The notes under the pieces are model-generated. The model made no database searches and was not told the DNA's origin. It worked only from the letters and a program-made list of their open reading frames with translations. A DNA stretch of 64,000 nt from Coriobacteriia bacterium (GTDB lineage Bacteria; Actinomycetota; Coriobacteriia; Coriobacteriales; UMGS124), in contig JAGZEG010000004.1 of NCBI GenBank assembly GCA_018368455.1, positions 19,617 through 83,616 of the forward strand, written 5' to 3'. This document shows positions 56,018-64,000 of the stretch, one piece after another. The number at the start of each line of letters is the position of its first letter. Position 1 is the first letter of the stretch. Both the position numbers and the translations under genes were made by a program.

Positions 56018-56962
56018 ATGAAGCGCATCACCCGTCTCGCCGTCTCCGCCGTTGTCGCCACCGCCTGTGCGTTGGCCCTGACCGGCTGCAGCAGCTACCC
56101 GTCCGTGCAGGAGGCGATGGACGCCGCGGCGAAGCAGCCCGTCGTCAGCTCGCCCGTCGTCAAGACGGACGGCGTGCTCACGATCGGCATCAACTCGTCC
56201 AACGCGCCCTATGCGTGGGCTGCGCAGTCCGGCTCGAGCACCATCAGCGGCGTCGACGTGGACGTTGCGCTCGCTCTGGCCGAGCAGATGGGCCTCACCG
56301 CTCGCTTCGTCAACGTGGGCACGGGCGTGACGGGCGCCTCGACCGGCGACGTCGACGTCGTCATGGGCGTGAGCCCCACGCAGATCACCGACGGCCTGAG
56401 CGTCGTCGTGGGCAGCTACGCAGATGCCGCGCCCGCTGTGTTCATGAAGGACTACACGGGCGCCAAGCTCACGCTCGACGAGGTCATCGCTGGCCCCGTT
56501 GGCGTGCAGAGCGAGTCCGCGAGCTCCAAGACGTTTGCCGACATGGCGCCGACGGCTGCGCAGCAGGGCTTTGCCACGCTCAACGACGCGTTCGACGCGC
56601 TCCAGGCCGGCACCGTGAAGTACGTTGTGTGCGACTCGTTCATGGGAGGCTATCTGGCCGCCTCCTATGACGACATCTCGCTGGCGGGCGCGCTCCAGAT
56701 GCCCACGACGCGCGGCATCGCCGTGGCGGCGAGCAACGCCGAGCTCCAGAGCGCTGTGCAGAGTGCCGTCGACGAGCTTGCGTCCAACGGCATCCAGAGC
56801 CTGATCCGCAGCTCATGGGTGGGAGATCTGCCCTCCATCACGGCGGAGAACCAGGTGGCGGCCGCCGTGCCCACCGCGCCCGCCGTCGACCCCGCCGCGG
56901 TGCCTGCCGAGGGCGAGGCGGCTCCCGCCGAGGGCGAAGCCGCTCCCGTCGAGGGCGAGTAA
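56018..56962 (+). CDS. Substrate-binding lipoprotein, family 3 (amino-acid type), orphan
   Basis: 'MKRITRLAVSAVVATACALALTGCSS' lipoprotein signal. 'LTIGINSSNAPYAW...ISGVDVDVALALAEQMG' is an SBP_bac_3-like body. The C-terminal tail is an 'AEGEAAP' repeat. Confidence 0.8.
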   Translation: MKRITRLAVSAVVATACALALTGCSSYPSVQEAMDAAAKQPVVSSPVVKTDGVLTIGINSSNAPYAWAAQSGSSTISGVDVDVALALAEQMGLTARFVNVGTGVTGASTGDVDVVMGVSPTQITDGLSVVVGSYADAAPAVFMKDYTGAKLTLDEVIAGPVGVQSESASSKTFADMAPTAAQQGFATLNDAFDALQAGTVKYVVCDSFMGGYLAASYDDISLAGALQMPTTRGIAVAASNAELQSAVQSAVDELASNGIQSLIRSSWVGDLPSITAENQVAAAVPTAPAVDPAAVPAEGEAAPAEGEAAPVEGE

Positions 56963-57148
56963 CGCCGCGCGGGGCCTTCGCCAACTTTTGCCAACTTGCT
57001 GCGGGAACTCGACTCAACCGGGGCCATTTACGGGTAAGCTAGGGATACGCACCGGATGCCCGCGGCGGGCGTCCCTCCTGCGAAGCGCGACCTGCCTCGA
57101 GGCCACAGCCCTGGGGCGGGATCTACTGGTCGATTGATTGGAGCCGTC

Positions 57149-57760
57149 ATGAACGTCACCGTCACTGGTCGCAACATCGCCGTCACTGACGCCCTTCGCG
57201 ACTATGTCGAGGAAAAGCTGTCGGCGGCAACGAACGTGTTCGACATCCCGATGAATACCGAGGTCGTCCTGCGCGTTGAGAAGAACCCGTCCAACCCCGT
57301 TCCTCAGGTCGTCGAGGTCACGGTCTTCATCAAGGGCGCCGTCGTTCGCGTGTCCGAGGCCGCAACCGACATGTATGCCGCCGTCGACATGGCGGCTGAC
57401 CGCGTGTCCCGCCAGCTGCGCAAGTTCAAGACGCGCGTCGTTGACCGCCGTCAGCGCGCCTCCCGTCCCGAGGCCGAGCCCGGCGTGCCGCTTGACGAGC
57501 TTGTGACGCCCGAGCCGGATCCCGCGGCGCCCGAGGCAGACGACGAGGAGGACTACGTCGTCCGCGAGAAGCTCATCGAGTTCACGAAGCTGACGGAGGA
57601 CCAGGCCCTGCTGCAGGTCGACCTGCTTGGGCACGACTTCTTCGTCTATACGAACGCTGACACGGGTGACGTCAACGTCATGTATCGCCGCAAGAACGGC
57701 GGCTACGGTGTCATCAAGCCGGTCGCACCGGCGCCGGCGATGCCCGAGCACACCGCCTAG
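57149..57760 (+). CDS. hpf: Ribosome hibernation-promoting factor, long form (HPF/RaiA family)
   Basis: 'MNVTVTGRNIAVTDALRDYVEEKLSAATNVFD' N-domain, and the C-terminal dimerisation domain '...LLQVDLLGHDFFVYTNADTGDVNVMYRRKNGGYGVI'. Confidence 0.9.
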   Translation: MNVTVTGRNIAVTDALRDYVEEKLSAATNVFDIPMNTEVVLRVEKNPSNPVPQVVEVTVFIKGAVVRVSEAATDMYAAVDMAADRVSRQLRKFKTRVVDRRQRASRPEAEPGVPLDELVTPEPDPAAPEADDEEDYVVREKLIEFTKLTEDQALLQVDLLGHDFFVYTNADTGDVNVMYRRKNGGYGVIKPVAPAPAMPEHTA

Positions 57761-57780
57761 CTCTGCAAACGCTCGTCCGC

Positions 57781-57820
57781 GTGCGCCCCGCGCCCCAAAC
57801 GCGGGGCGCACGTGTATGTG
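57781..57820 (+). terminator. Probable terminator after hpf
   Basis: Hairpin GTGCGCCCCGCG-ccccaaa-CGCGGGGCGCAC followed by gtgtatgtg (a weak U-tract). Confidence 0.45.
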
Positions 57821-57863
57821 GCGCCCTCACGTTCCCAGCCCTCTCGTCGAAAGGCTTACCTGC

Positions 57864-58817
57864 ATGGCTTCGCCTGTACCTCATCTCCTCGCGTTCTCGA
57901 CGCACCCCACCTGCCGCATCATCATCGACTCGTGCAGCGATGTCAGCTCCGAGCTCGCGCAGCGCCTCGGCGTCGACGTCATCGAGTTCCCGTTTGTTCT
58001 GGGCGGCGAGGAGCACTGGGACGATCTGGGCGCCTCGCTGTCGTCGCAGGACTTCTACGGGCGCATGCGCTCTGGCGAGCGAGCCTCGACGAGCGCCATT
58101 CCCACAGGCGTGTTCGCCGAGATATTCGAGTGGTGCGCCAAGCAGGGTGTTCCGACGCTCTACCTGAGCTTCACGGCGGGCCTCTCCTCGTCGGTTCATG
58201 ACGCGGAGACGGCTGCCGCCCAGGTTCGCTGTGCCCACCCGACGTTCGAGCTGTCGGTGCTCGATAACCGTGCTCCGGCTCTCACGGCGTTGCTGCTGGC
58301 CGAGCAGGCGTGCAAGCTGCGCGACGAGGGCATGCCCATGGGCGACATCGCCGACTGGGCAGACGAAGCGTGCAACCGCATGCACGGCTACTTCACGCTC
58401 GAGTCGCTCAAGTGGCTCGCTGCGGGCGGCCGCATCCCCAAGGCGGCGGCGTCCGTGTCGTCGCTGCTCAACGTCAAGCCCGACCTCACCTATGACCTCG
58501 ACGGCTCGCTGACGCTCATGGGCGTGTCGCGCGGCCGCAAGAAGGCGCTCAAGTGGGTCGTCGACCAGATGCGTGCATGCTGGGACGGTGACACCTCGCT
58601 GCCGCTGGGCATCGTCGACGCCGACTGCCGCGAGGACGGCGATGCTCTCGAGGCGCTCGTGCGCGCATACTGCGACGAGCGCGGCGTTGCCTGCCCCGAG
58701 ATCATCCGCTTCGAGCTCGATCCCACGATCGGGTCGCACGTCGGGCCCGGCATGCTGGCCCTGGCGTTCTGGGGCACGGATCGCCGTTCCATGGCCGGCG
58801 GACGCGGCAAGCGCTAG
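57864..58817 (+). CDS. DegV-family fatty-acid-binding protein
   Basis: 'RIIIDSCSDVSSELAQRLGVDVIEFPFVLGGEEHWDD', 'STSAIPTGVFAEIFE', '...IGSHVGPGMLALAFWG' are the typical DegV motifs. Confidence 0.85.
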   Translation: MASPVPHLLAFSTHPTCRIIIDSCSDVSSELAQRLGVDVIEFPFVLGGEEHWDDLGASLSSQDFYGRMRSGERASTSAIPTGVFAEIFEWCAKQGVPTLYLSFTAGLSSSVHDAETAAAQVRCAHPTFELSVLDNRAPALTALLLAEQACKLRDEGMPMGDIADWADEACNRMHGYFTLESLKWLAAGGRIPKAAASVSSLLNVKPDLTYDLDGSLTLMGVSRGRKKALKWVVDQMRACWDGDTSLPLGIVDADCREDGDALEALVRAYCDERGVACPEIIRFELDPTIGSHVGPGMLALAFWGTDRRSMAGGRGKR

Positions 58818-58860
58818 GCGTCTCTCGCACACGTATCGACTCCCATCGGAAGGGACTTCC

Positions 58861-59958
58861 TTGGACATCAAGACCATCGCCTTTATCGGCACGGGCCTCA
58901 TGGGTGCCCCCATGGCGGGGCATCTCATCGACGCCGGCTACGAGCTCACCGTCTACAACCACACGCCTGAGAAGGCCCTGCCGCTCGTGGGCAAGGGAGC
59001 CAAGCTCGCCGCGAGCGCCGTCGAGGCCGTGCAGGGCGCCGACGTCGTCATCACGATGGTGGGCTACCCCGAGCAGGTCGAGGAGCTGTACCTCGCGAAG
59101 GACGGCATCGTCTCGGCGGCGAAGCGCGGCGCGTACCTCATCGACATGACGACGTCGTCGCCACAGCTCGCTCGCGACATCCACGACGTTGCCGAGCTCG
59201 CTGGCCTCCATGCGTTCGACGCGCCCGTCACGGGTGGCGAGGACGGGGCCAAGGCCGCGACGCTCACGATATTTTGCGGTGCCGACGACGAGACCGTTGC
59301 GCCCGTGCTCGACGTGCTCAAGGTGCTCGGCACGCTCGTGTTGACGTTTGACCGCGCGGGCCAGGGCCAGATGGCCAAGCTCACGAATCAGGTGGCGCTG
59401 GCCGGTTGCATGCTCGGTCTCGTCGAGGGCCTCACGTTTGCCAAGCAGGGTGGCCTCGATGTCGAGAAGATGCTCGGGGCGCTGCTCACGGGTACGGCCG
59501 GCTCTACGATCATGCGCGGTCTCGGCCCCAAGATCCTGCGTGACGACTATCGCCCCGGCTTCATGGTCGAGCACTACGTGAAGGACCTCAACCTCGCGCT
59601 GACGACGGCCGAGGACGAGGAGGTCACGCTGCCCGCGACGGAGACGGCGGCCCAGCTGTACAGCATGCTTGCCGAGATCGGCGGCTCGCGCATGGGCACG
59701 CAGGCGCTGTCGCTCGTCTACTCCGACGAGGAGAGCTGCGCCAAGGCGGGCCTGGACTGGTCGGTGCTCAACCTCGACGACGATGACGAGGAGGCCGACG
59801 AGGTCGAGGGCGGTGACGCATGCGGCTGCGGGCACGACCACGGCCACGCGCATGGCGAGGGCTGCTCGTGCGGCTGCGACGACGCTGACGATGACGACGA
59901 GGAGGAGACGCCGGCCGAGCGCCTGAGCGGCTTCGAGGCGCCGTTCTCGCAGAACTAG
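58861..59958 (+). CDS. NAD(P)-dependent 3-hydroxyisobutyrate/2-hydroxy-3-oxopropionate reductase-family dehydrogenase with acidic Cys/His-rich C-terminal tail
   Basis: TTG start after 'ggaaggga'. 'IAFIGTGLMGAPMAGHLIDAGYELTVYNHTPEKA' is a Rossmann fold; 'DAPVTGGEDGAKAATLTI' and 'QMAKLTNQ' are also present. The approx 70-aa tail is 'DDDDEEADEVEGGDACGCGHDHGHAHGEGCSCGCDDADDDDEEE'. Confidence 0.8.
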   Translation: MDIKTIAFIGTGLMGAPMAGHLIDAGYELTVYNHTPEKALPLVGKGAKLAASAVEAVQGADVVITMVGYPEQVEELYLAKDGIVSAAKRGAYLIDMTTSSPQLARDIHDVAELAGLHAFDAPVTGGEDGAKAATLTIFCGADDETVAPVLDVLKVLGTLVLTFDRAGQGQMAKLTNQVALAGCMLGLVEGLTFAKQGGLDVEKMLGALLTGTAGSTIMRGLGPKILRDDYRPGFMVEHYVKDLNLALTTAEDEEVTLPATETAAQLYSMLAEIGGSRMGTQALSLVYSDEESCAKAGLDWSVLNLDDDDEEADEVEGGDACGCGHDHGHAHGEGCSCGCDDADDDDEEETPAERLSGFEAPFSQN

Positions 59959-59978
59959 CGACGGAAGGGCCTGTTCGC

Positions 59979-60413
59979 ATGGACTTTGGAACCGCCGTCA
60001 TCTCCCTGCTCTTCATGGTGCTGGGTATCGTCATCGGCAACAAGGTGGGAGAGACGCTCGCCACTCGCCTGGGAAGCAATCGCCAGTTCTGGGCGTACAA
60101 CATCGCGGCCATCGCCGTGGGCATCGTCGTGTCGGCCTTCGTGTCGGCCCTGGGCCTGCTGTGGGTCGCCGGCCTCGTCATCGGCCTCATCGGCGGCAGC
60201 ATATTCGGCCTCAAGATGGGCTACGGCAAGAGTGTCGGCGTCTGGGCCAAGCACGACCGGCACTTCCGCGTCAACGCCGACCAGGTGAAGGCCGGGGAAG
60301 CCGTCAAGCGCGGCGAGGATCCGGACGAGATCGCCAAGCGCGACCTCATCAGCGTGGCACCCGACGGGGAAGAGAAGCATCCCACCACGAAGAGCGGCCG
60401 AAGGGGTCGATAA
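59979..60413 (+). CDS. Small membrane protein, unknown function
   Basis: Three predicted TM helices then a charged tail. It lies 20 nt after the upstream gene and 3 nt before rlmKL. I recognise no family. Confidence 0.5.
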   Translation: MDFGTAVISLLFMVLGIVIGNKVGETLATRLGSNRQFWAYNIAAIAVGIVVSAFVSALGLLWVAGLVIGLIGGSIFGLKMGYGKSVGVWAKHDRHFRVNADQVKAGEAVKRGEDPDEIAKRDLISVAPDGEEKHPTTKSGRRGR

Positions 60414-60416
60414 GCC

Positions 60417-62837
60417 ATGAGCGAGGAGACGAAGATGGACGAATTCGACCCCACGGTTGCTGACGCTGCGGCCGTGAAGGCACCGGAGCGCGGCAAGCGC
60501 TCCGGTGCGGCCAAACCTGCCCTCGAGTTCTCGGCGACGTGCCCCTCGGGCTTCGAGGCGGCGCTTGCCGGCGAGCTGCGCGGCCTGGGCTGCGCCCGCG
60601 TGCGCCCGCTGAAGGGCAGCGTCTCGTTTGCGGGCGACGTGGCGTGCGGCCTGCGCGTCTGCCTGTGGAGTCGTCTCGCGTCTCGTGTCGTGCTCGTTGT
60701 CAAGCGCGTGCCGTGCGCTACGGCTGACGAGCTATACGACGGCGTGCGCGGCATCGCGTGGGAGGACCACATCGCGCCGGGCGCCACGATCGCGGTGAGC
60801 GCGCGCGGTGGAAACGACGAGCTTCATGACCCGCGCTTCGCGGCCCTGCGCGTGAAGGACGGCGTGGCCGACCGCCTGCGCGAGCAGCGTGGCGAGCGCC
60901 CCAACGTTGACCCCGAGCGGCCCGACCTGCGCCTGACGTGCGCCGTGCACGACCGCCGCGCGACGATCGGCATCGACCTGTCCGGCGATCCGCTTATCGA
61001 CCGCGGCTATCGCGTGCGCGCCCGCGCCCGCTCGCAGGCGTCGCCGGCGACGTTTCTGCGCGAGGACCTCGCGGCGTTCGTGCTGGCCCAGGGCGACTGG
61101 CCCCGCCGCTCCCGCCGCGATGCCCGCGCCGTGTTCGTAGACCCTCTGGGAACCTCGCCCGTGCTTGCCGTCGAGGCCGCGGCCATCGCGTGCGACCGCG
61201 CGCCGGGCCTGACGCGCGACCGCTGGGGCTTCGACGCCTGGCTCGGCTTTGACGCGCAGGCGTGGGAGGCCGAGATCTCGGCGGCTGACGAGCGCTTCGA
61301 CGCTGGCCTTGCGACGGGGCGCCGCGTCGTCGTGGCGGCTCGCGACGCCGGAGTGCGCAGCGAGCTCACCGACATGGCGAAGCGTGCGCACCTGCTCGAC
61401 GCCATCGAGATCACGAGCGGAGGCCCGTCCGGGCTCAACCTGGGCGAGACGGCGCTGCCGAGCTCGCTCGCGGGTTGCGTCATCGTGGATGAGGGACTCT
61501 CCGGCGTCACGGGCGACCAGCCGGCCCGCCTTGCGACTGTGGCGGCCCTGCTGCGGACGCCGGCGCTGCGCGAGGTGCCACTCGTCGCGCTTGAGCCGGG
61601 TGACGCCCTCGGCTACCTGCTGGGCTACAAGCCCGAAGCCAGCGTCGATGTCATGAACGGCTCGGCGCGCGCCATCGTTGCGAGCTACCCCTCGGCTGCC
61701 CGTGCGGCGCGTCTCGCGGGGGAGAGCGGGCTCGCGGACGTGCCCGCTGCTCAGGGCGCCGGGGACGAGGACGGTGCGCTGCCACCCGTGCCGAGCGTGA
61801 GCGCCTACAGCGACATCGCGCTGCCCGACGGCTCGACGATGGGCGTGCTCGTGCCGGCGAGCGACCAATTTGCGGCGCGCCTGGCAAAGGTGGGCAAGCT
61901 GCGCGCCAAGTGGGCGAAGCGCACCGGCGTGAGCTGCTATCGCGTGTACGACGCCGACCTGCCCGACTACGCTGTCACCGTCGACCTGTACCAGGGCAGC
62001 GCCCAGACGCCGGGCCGCTGGCTCGTCATGAGCGAGTACGCGGCGCCCAAGGAGGTCGACGAGGCCCTGGCGGCGCGTCGTCTGGCCGATGCGCTCGCCA
62101 TTGCGCCGCGCGTGCTGGGCGTCGACCCCGAGGACGTGTTCCTCAAGGTGCGCAAGCGCGCGAAGGGCGGCTCGCAGTATGCCTCCGACGCGCGCAGCCG
62201 CCGCGGACGTGGCGCGCTCGTGGAAGAGGGGGGCCTCACGTTCGAGGTCAACTTCTCCGACTACCTCGACACGGGCATCTTCCTCGACCATCGCGACGTG
62301 CGCGGGCGCATCCGCGAGCTGGCGAGTGGGACGCGCTTCCTGAACCTGTTCGCGTATACGGGCACGGCGAGCTGCTATGCGGCCGACGGCGGCGCGTTCT
62401 CCACGACGACGGTCGACCTGTCGGGGACGTACCTCGAGTGGGCCAAGCGCAACATGGAGCAGAACGGCTTCGCGGGCGGCTCGCACGAGTACATCCAGGC
62501 TGACGTCATGCCGTGGATCCAGCAGACGCGCCACACGGCGCTGCGCTGGGACCTCATCTTCATCGACCCGCCGACGTTCTCCAACTCGGCTAAGATGCGC
62601 CAGAGCGGCTTTGACGTGCAGCGCGACCATGCCGAGCTGCTCATCGGGGCGTCGCGCATCATGAGGCGAGGCGGCATGATCCTGTTCTCGTGCAACCTGC
62701 GCGGCTTCACGCCCGACAGCGAGGCGCTGGCCAAGGCAGGCCTCGAGATCCGCGACACGACGGAGGGCACGATCCCCGAGGACTTCTCGCGCAACGCGAA
62801 GATCCACCATGTGTATGAGGTGCGTCGCGTCGATTAG
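60417..62837 (+). CDS. rlmL: Bifunctional 23S rRNA methyltransferase RlmKL-like (THUMP plus two class I methyltransferase domains)
   Basis: N-terminal THUMP-like region ('CPSGFEAALAGELRGLGC...'). The C-terminal module 'FLNLFAYTGTASCYAADGGA...DLIFIDPPTFSNS' is the RlmK-type SAM MTase with the DPPxF motif. The size (806 aa) suits the fused enzyme. Confidence 0.85.
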   Translation: MSEETKMDEFDPTVADAAAVKAPERGKRSGAAKPALEFSATCPSGFEAALAGELRGLGCARVRPLKGSVSFAGDVACGLRVCLWSRLASRVVLVVKRVPCATADELYDGVRGIAWEDHIAPGATIAVSARGGNDELHDPRFAALRVKDGVADRLREQRGERPNVDPERPDLRLTCAVHDRRATIGIDLSGDPLIDRGYRVRARARSQASPATFLREDLAAFVLAQGDWPRRSRRDARAVFVDPLGTSPVLAVEAAAIACDRAPGLTRDRWGFDAWLGFDAQAWEAEISAADERFDAGLATGRRVVVAARDAGVRSELTDMAKRAHLLDAIEITSGGPSGLNLGETALPSSLAGCVIVDEGLSGVTGDQPARLATVAALLRTPALREVPLVALEPGDALGYLLGYKPEASVDVMNGSARAIVASYPSAARAARLAGESGLADVPAAQGAGDEDGALPPVPSVSAYSDIALPDGSTMGVLVPASDQFAARLAKVGKLRAKWAKRTGVSCYRVYDADLPDYAVTVDLYQGSAQTPGRWLVMSEYAAPKEVDEALAARRLADALAIAPRVLGVDPEDVFLKVRKRAKGGSQYASDARSRRGRGALVEEGGLTFEVNFSDYLDTGIFLDHRDVRGRIRELASGTRFLNLFAYTGTASCYAADGGAFSTTTVDLSGTYLEWAKRNMEQNGFAGGSHEYIQADVMPWIQQTRHTALRWDLIFIDPPTFSNSAKMRQSGFDVQRDHAELLIGASRIMRRGGMILFSCNLRGFTPDSEALAKAGLEIRDTTEGTIPEDFSRNAKIHHVYEVRRVD

Positions 62838-62899
62838 GGGGATCCTTCGATAACAACGGGCGGCGCTGGAGCACGTCATCTGCTGCGCTCCCGCGGTCC

Positions 62900-63080
62900 C
62901 TCGCGTATTTCAATACGCGTCGGGCCGCGGCGCCTTGCATCTGACGCACTCCAGCGTCGCCTAACGGCGATAGCTTTCGCATGGTATCTGCGGCGTTGAA
63001 GGGCGGCTCGCGTACTTAGTACGCGTCGCCACCCTTCGCCTTGCATCCGGCGCACTGTGGCCTCGCTTAACGGGGTAAGG
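62900..63080 (+). repeat. Two direct copies (approx 107-nt period) of an approx 75-nt element: 7-bp hairpin plus GCCTTGCATC box plus small 3' hairpin
   Basis: U1 (62900-62973): CTCGCGTATttcaATACGCGTCGggccgcgGCGCCTTGCATCTGaCGCACTccagcgTCGCCtaacGGCGA. U2 (63007-63080): CTCGCGTACttaGTACGCGTCGccacccttCGCCTTGCATCCGgCGCACTgtggCCTCGcttaaCGGGG. The hairpin stems differ by compensatory changes. A third copy is at 42283-42358 (minus). Confidence 0.5.
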
Positions 63081-63268
63081 GTGCTTGCGAGCTCGCCGCT
63101 ATTTCATAGCCCAACCCGCTCTACCTGCGGGTTGCAACTGGTAGGCGCCTTGCGGTTGCAGGAAAATGCAGCCTGTGGGTTGGTGGAGGGCGTTTGGGAC
63201 GGCGCGTATTATGGGCTGCGTACCCGGCTTTCAGCAGCCAAAGCCCGCCCTCTCTGAAAGGCGCCCCT

Positions 63269-64000
63269 ATGAGCTTTCGTGACAACCTACAGCACCTGAG
63301 GGCCATGCGTAACATGACGCAGGAACAGCTTGCGATGCTGCTTGGTGTCAGTCGCCAGTCGGTGACAAAGTGGGAGGCGGAAAAGGCCTCTCCCGAGATG
63401 GATAAGCTGCTTGCCATCTGCGACATTTTCGGCTGCACGCTTGACGACCTCGTTCGGGGCGACCTCAGCACTCGTCCTGCTGAGCCTTGCCCTCAGATGG
63501 TACAAGCAACCGGCCCCGTTCACGACGTCTGCGGCTACGACGAACACGCACGTCGTTTTGCCCTACAGGTTCCCACGGGCGTCGCGCTCTGTATCGCGGG
63601 CTTCATCCCTTCCGGGCTGCTTGCGAATATCGCCCTCGTTCCAGGCAGGCAGACGGGCATCTTGTCGGTAGTCTGCCTGTTCGCAGGCGTCTTGGCGGGG
63701 CTTGCCCTGCTTATCCCTGCCAGTATGGGGCACATCGCGTTCCAGAAGGCGCATCCTTACGTGCAGGACTTCTATACGGAGAAAGATCGTGCGCGGGCTC
63801 GGCGCACTATGTCGATCTGTCTCGTTGCAGGTATCGGACTCATCCTGCTGGGCCTCTTGGGGTTCTTTCTTTTCGATGGAACAGCGCACGAAGACACGTG
63901 GGGTAGCGCCGCTCTGTTTGCCGGTATCTCTGCGGGAGTGTGGTTTATCGTCTACGGCGGCATGACGCTGGGGCGCATGAACATCGCCGGCTATAACAAG
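63269..64000 (+). CDS. XRE-family HTH protein fused to a membrane domain (3'-partial at window end)
   Basis: 'MSFRDNLQHLRAMRNMTQEQLAMLLGVSRQSVTKWEAEKASPEMDKLLAICDIFGCTLDDLVRGD' is a Cro/C1 HTH, followed by hydrophobic helices. The frame stays open to nt 64000 and is not in the ORF track because it lacks a stop. Confidence 0.75.
   Translation, partial: MSFRDNLQHLRAMRNMTQEQLAMLLGVSRQSVTKWEAEKASPEMDKLLAICDIFGCTLDDLVRGDLSTRPAEPCPQMVQATGPVHDVCGYDEHARRFALQVPTGVALCIAGFIPSGLLANIALVPGRQTGILSVVCLFAGVLAGLALLIPASMGHIAFQKAHPYVQDFYTEKDRARARRTMSICLVAGIGLILLGLLGFFLFDGTAHEDTWGSAALFAGISAGVWFIVYGGMTLGRMNIAGYNK

Noticed and set aside
62840-63268. A tRNA or other small housekeeping RNA in the 430-nt gap after rlmKL.
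   Set aside because: I could not find a cloverleaf with the conserved T-loop (GTTCRANNC) or D-loop features. The structure is better explained by the two repeat units plus additional simple hairpins.

Overview
This is a high-GC bacterial chromosome segment. Gene content suggests an anaerobic gut Actinobacterium of the Coriobacteriia/Eggerthellaceae type, but that is an inference. I see no rRNA, tRNA, CRISPR array, integrase or transposase.

The window has four parts:

1. **1-23 kb.** Three modules pair a polytopic membrane LuxR-type regulator with a Tat-exported flavoprotein reductase carrying FMN_bind and FAD domains. Housekeeping genes lie between them: corA, ettA, yccF-like, a GNAT, an AT3-SGNH acyltransferase, an orphan peptide binding protein, and a DUF2975/XRE pair.

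2. **23-33 kb.** An accessory, partly decayed stretch holds an ECF sigma/anti-sigma pair, a complex approx 50-bp repeat array, and an ADP-ribosylglycohydrolase with a PfkB kinase. It also holds a RelB/DinJ-PIN toxin-antitoxin pair, a truncated methyltransferase, a frameshifted ketopantoate-reductase-like gene, a approx 0.5-kb AT-rich foreign insert and an AAA-DUF4143 ATPase.

3. **33-49 kb, all on the minus strand.** This is the most interesting part: two adjacent transport/catabolic operons. One is an amino-acid ABC uptake system, a PatB/MalY C-S lyase, a double-cubane-cluster reductase with its ATPase activase, a DUF3343 protein and a cysteine-desulfurase-family enzyme. The other is a Dpp/Opp-type peptide ABC system with an M20 amidohydrolase. 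Each operon follows its own sigma70-like promoter and a paralogous approx 200-nt leader ending in an intrinsic terminator. I could not assign the leader to a riboswitch class I know.

4. **49-64 kb.** Mostly housekeeping genes: thrE-like, SPFH/NfeD, comFC, hpf, degV, rlmKL. A structured intergenic RNA candidate sits in the classic raiA-motif context (after comFC, before hpf), and there is a dispersed approx 75-nt hairpin-containing repeat family.

Many long ORFs in the supplied track are antisense shadow ORFs typical of high-GC DNA and were not called. All functional calls come from motif recognition by eye; no database search was run.
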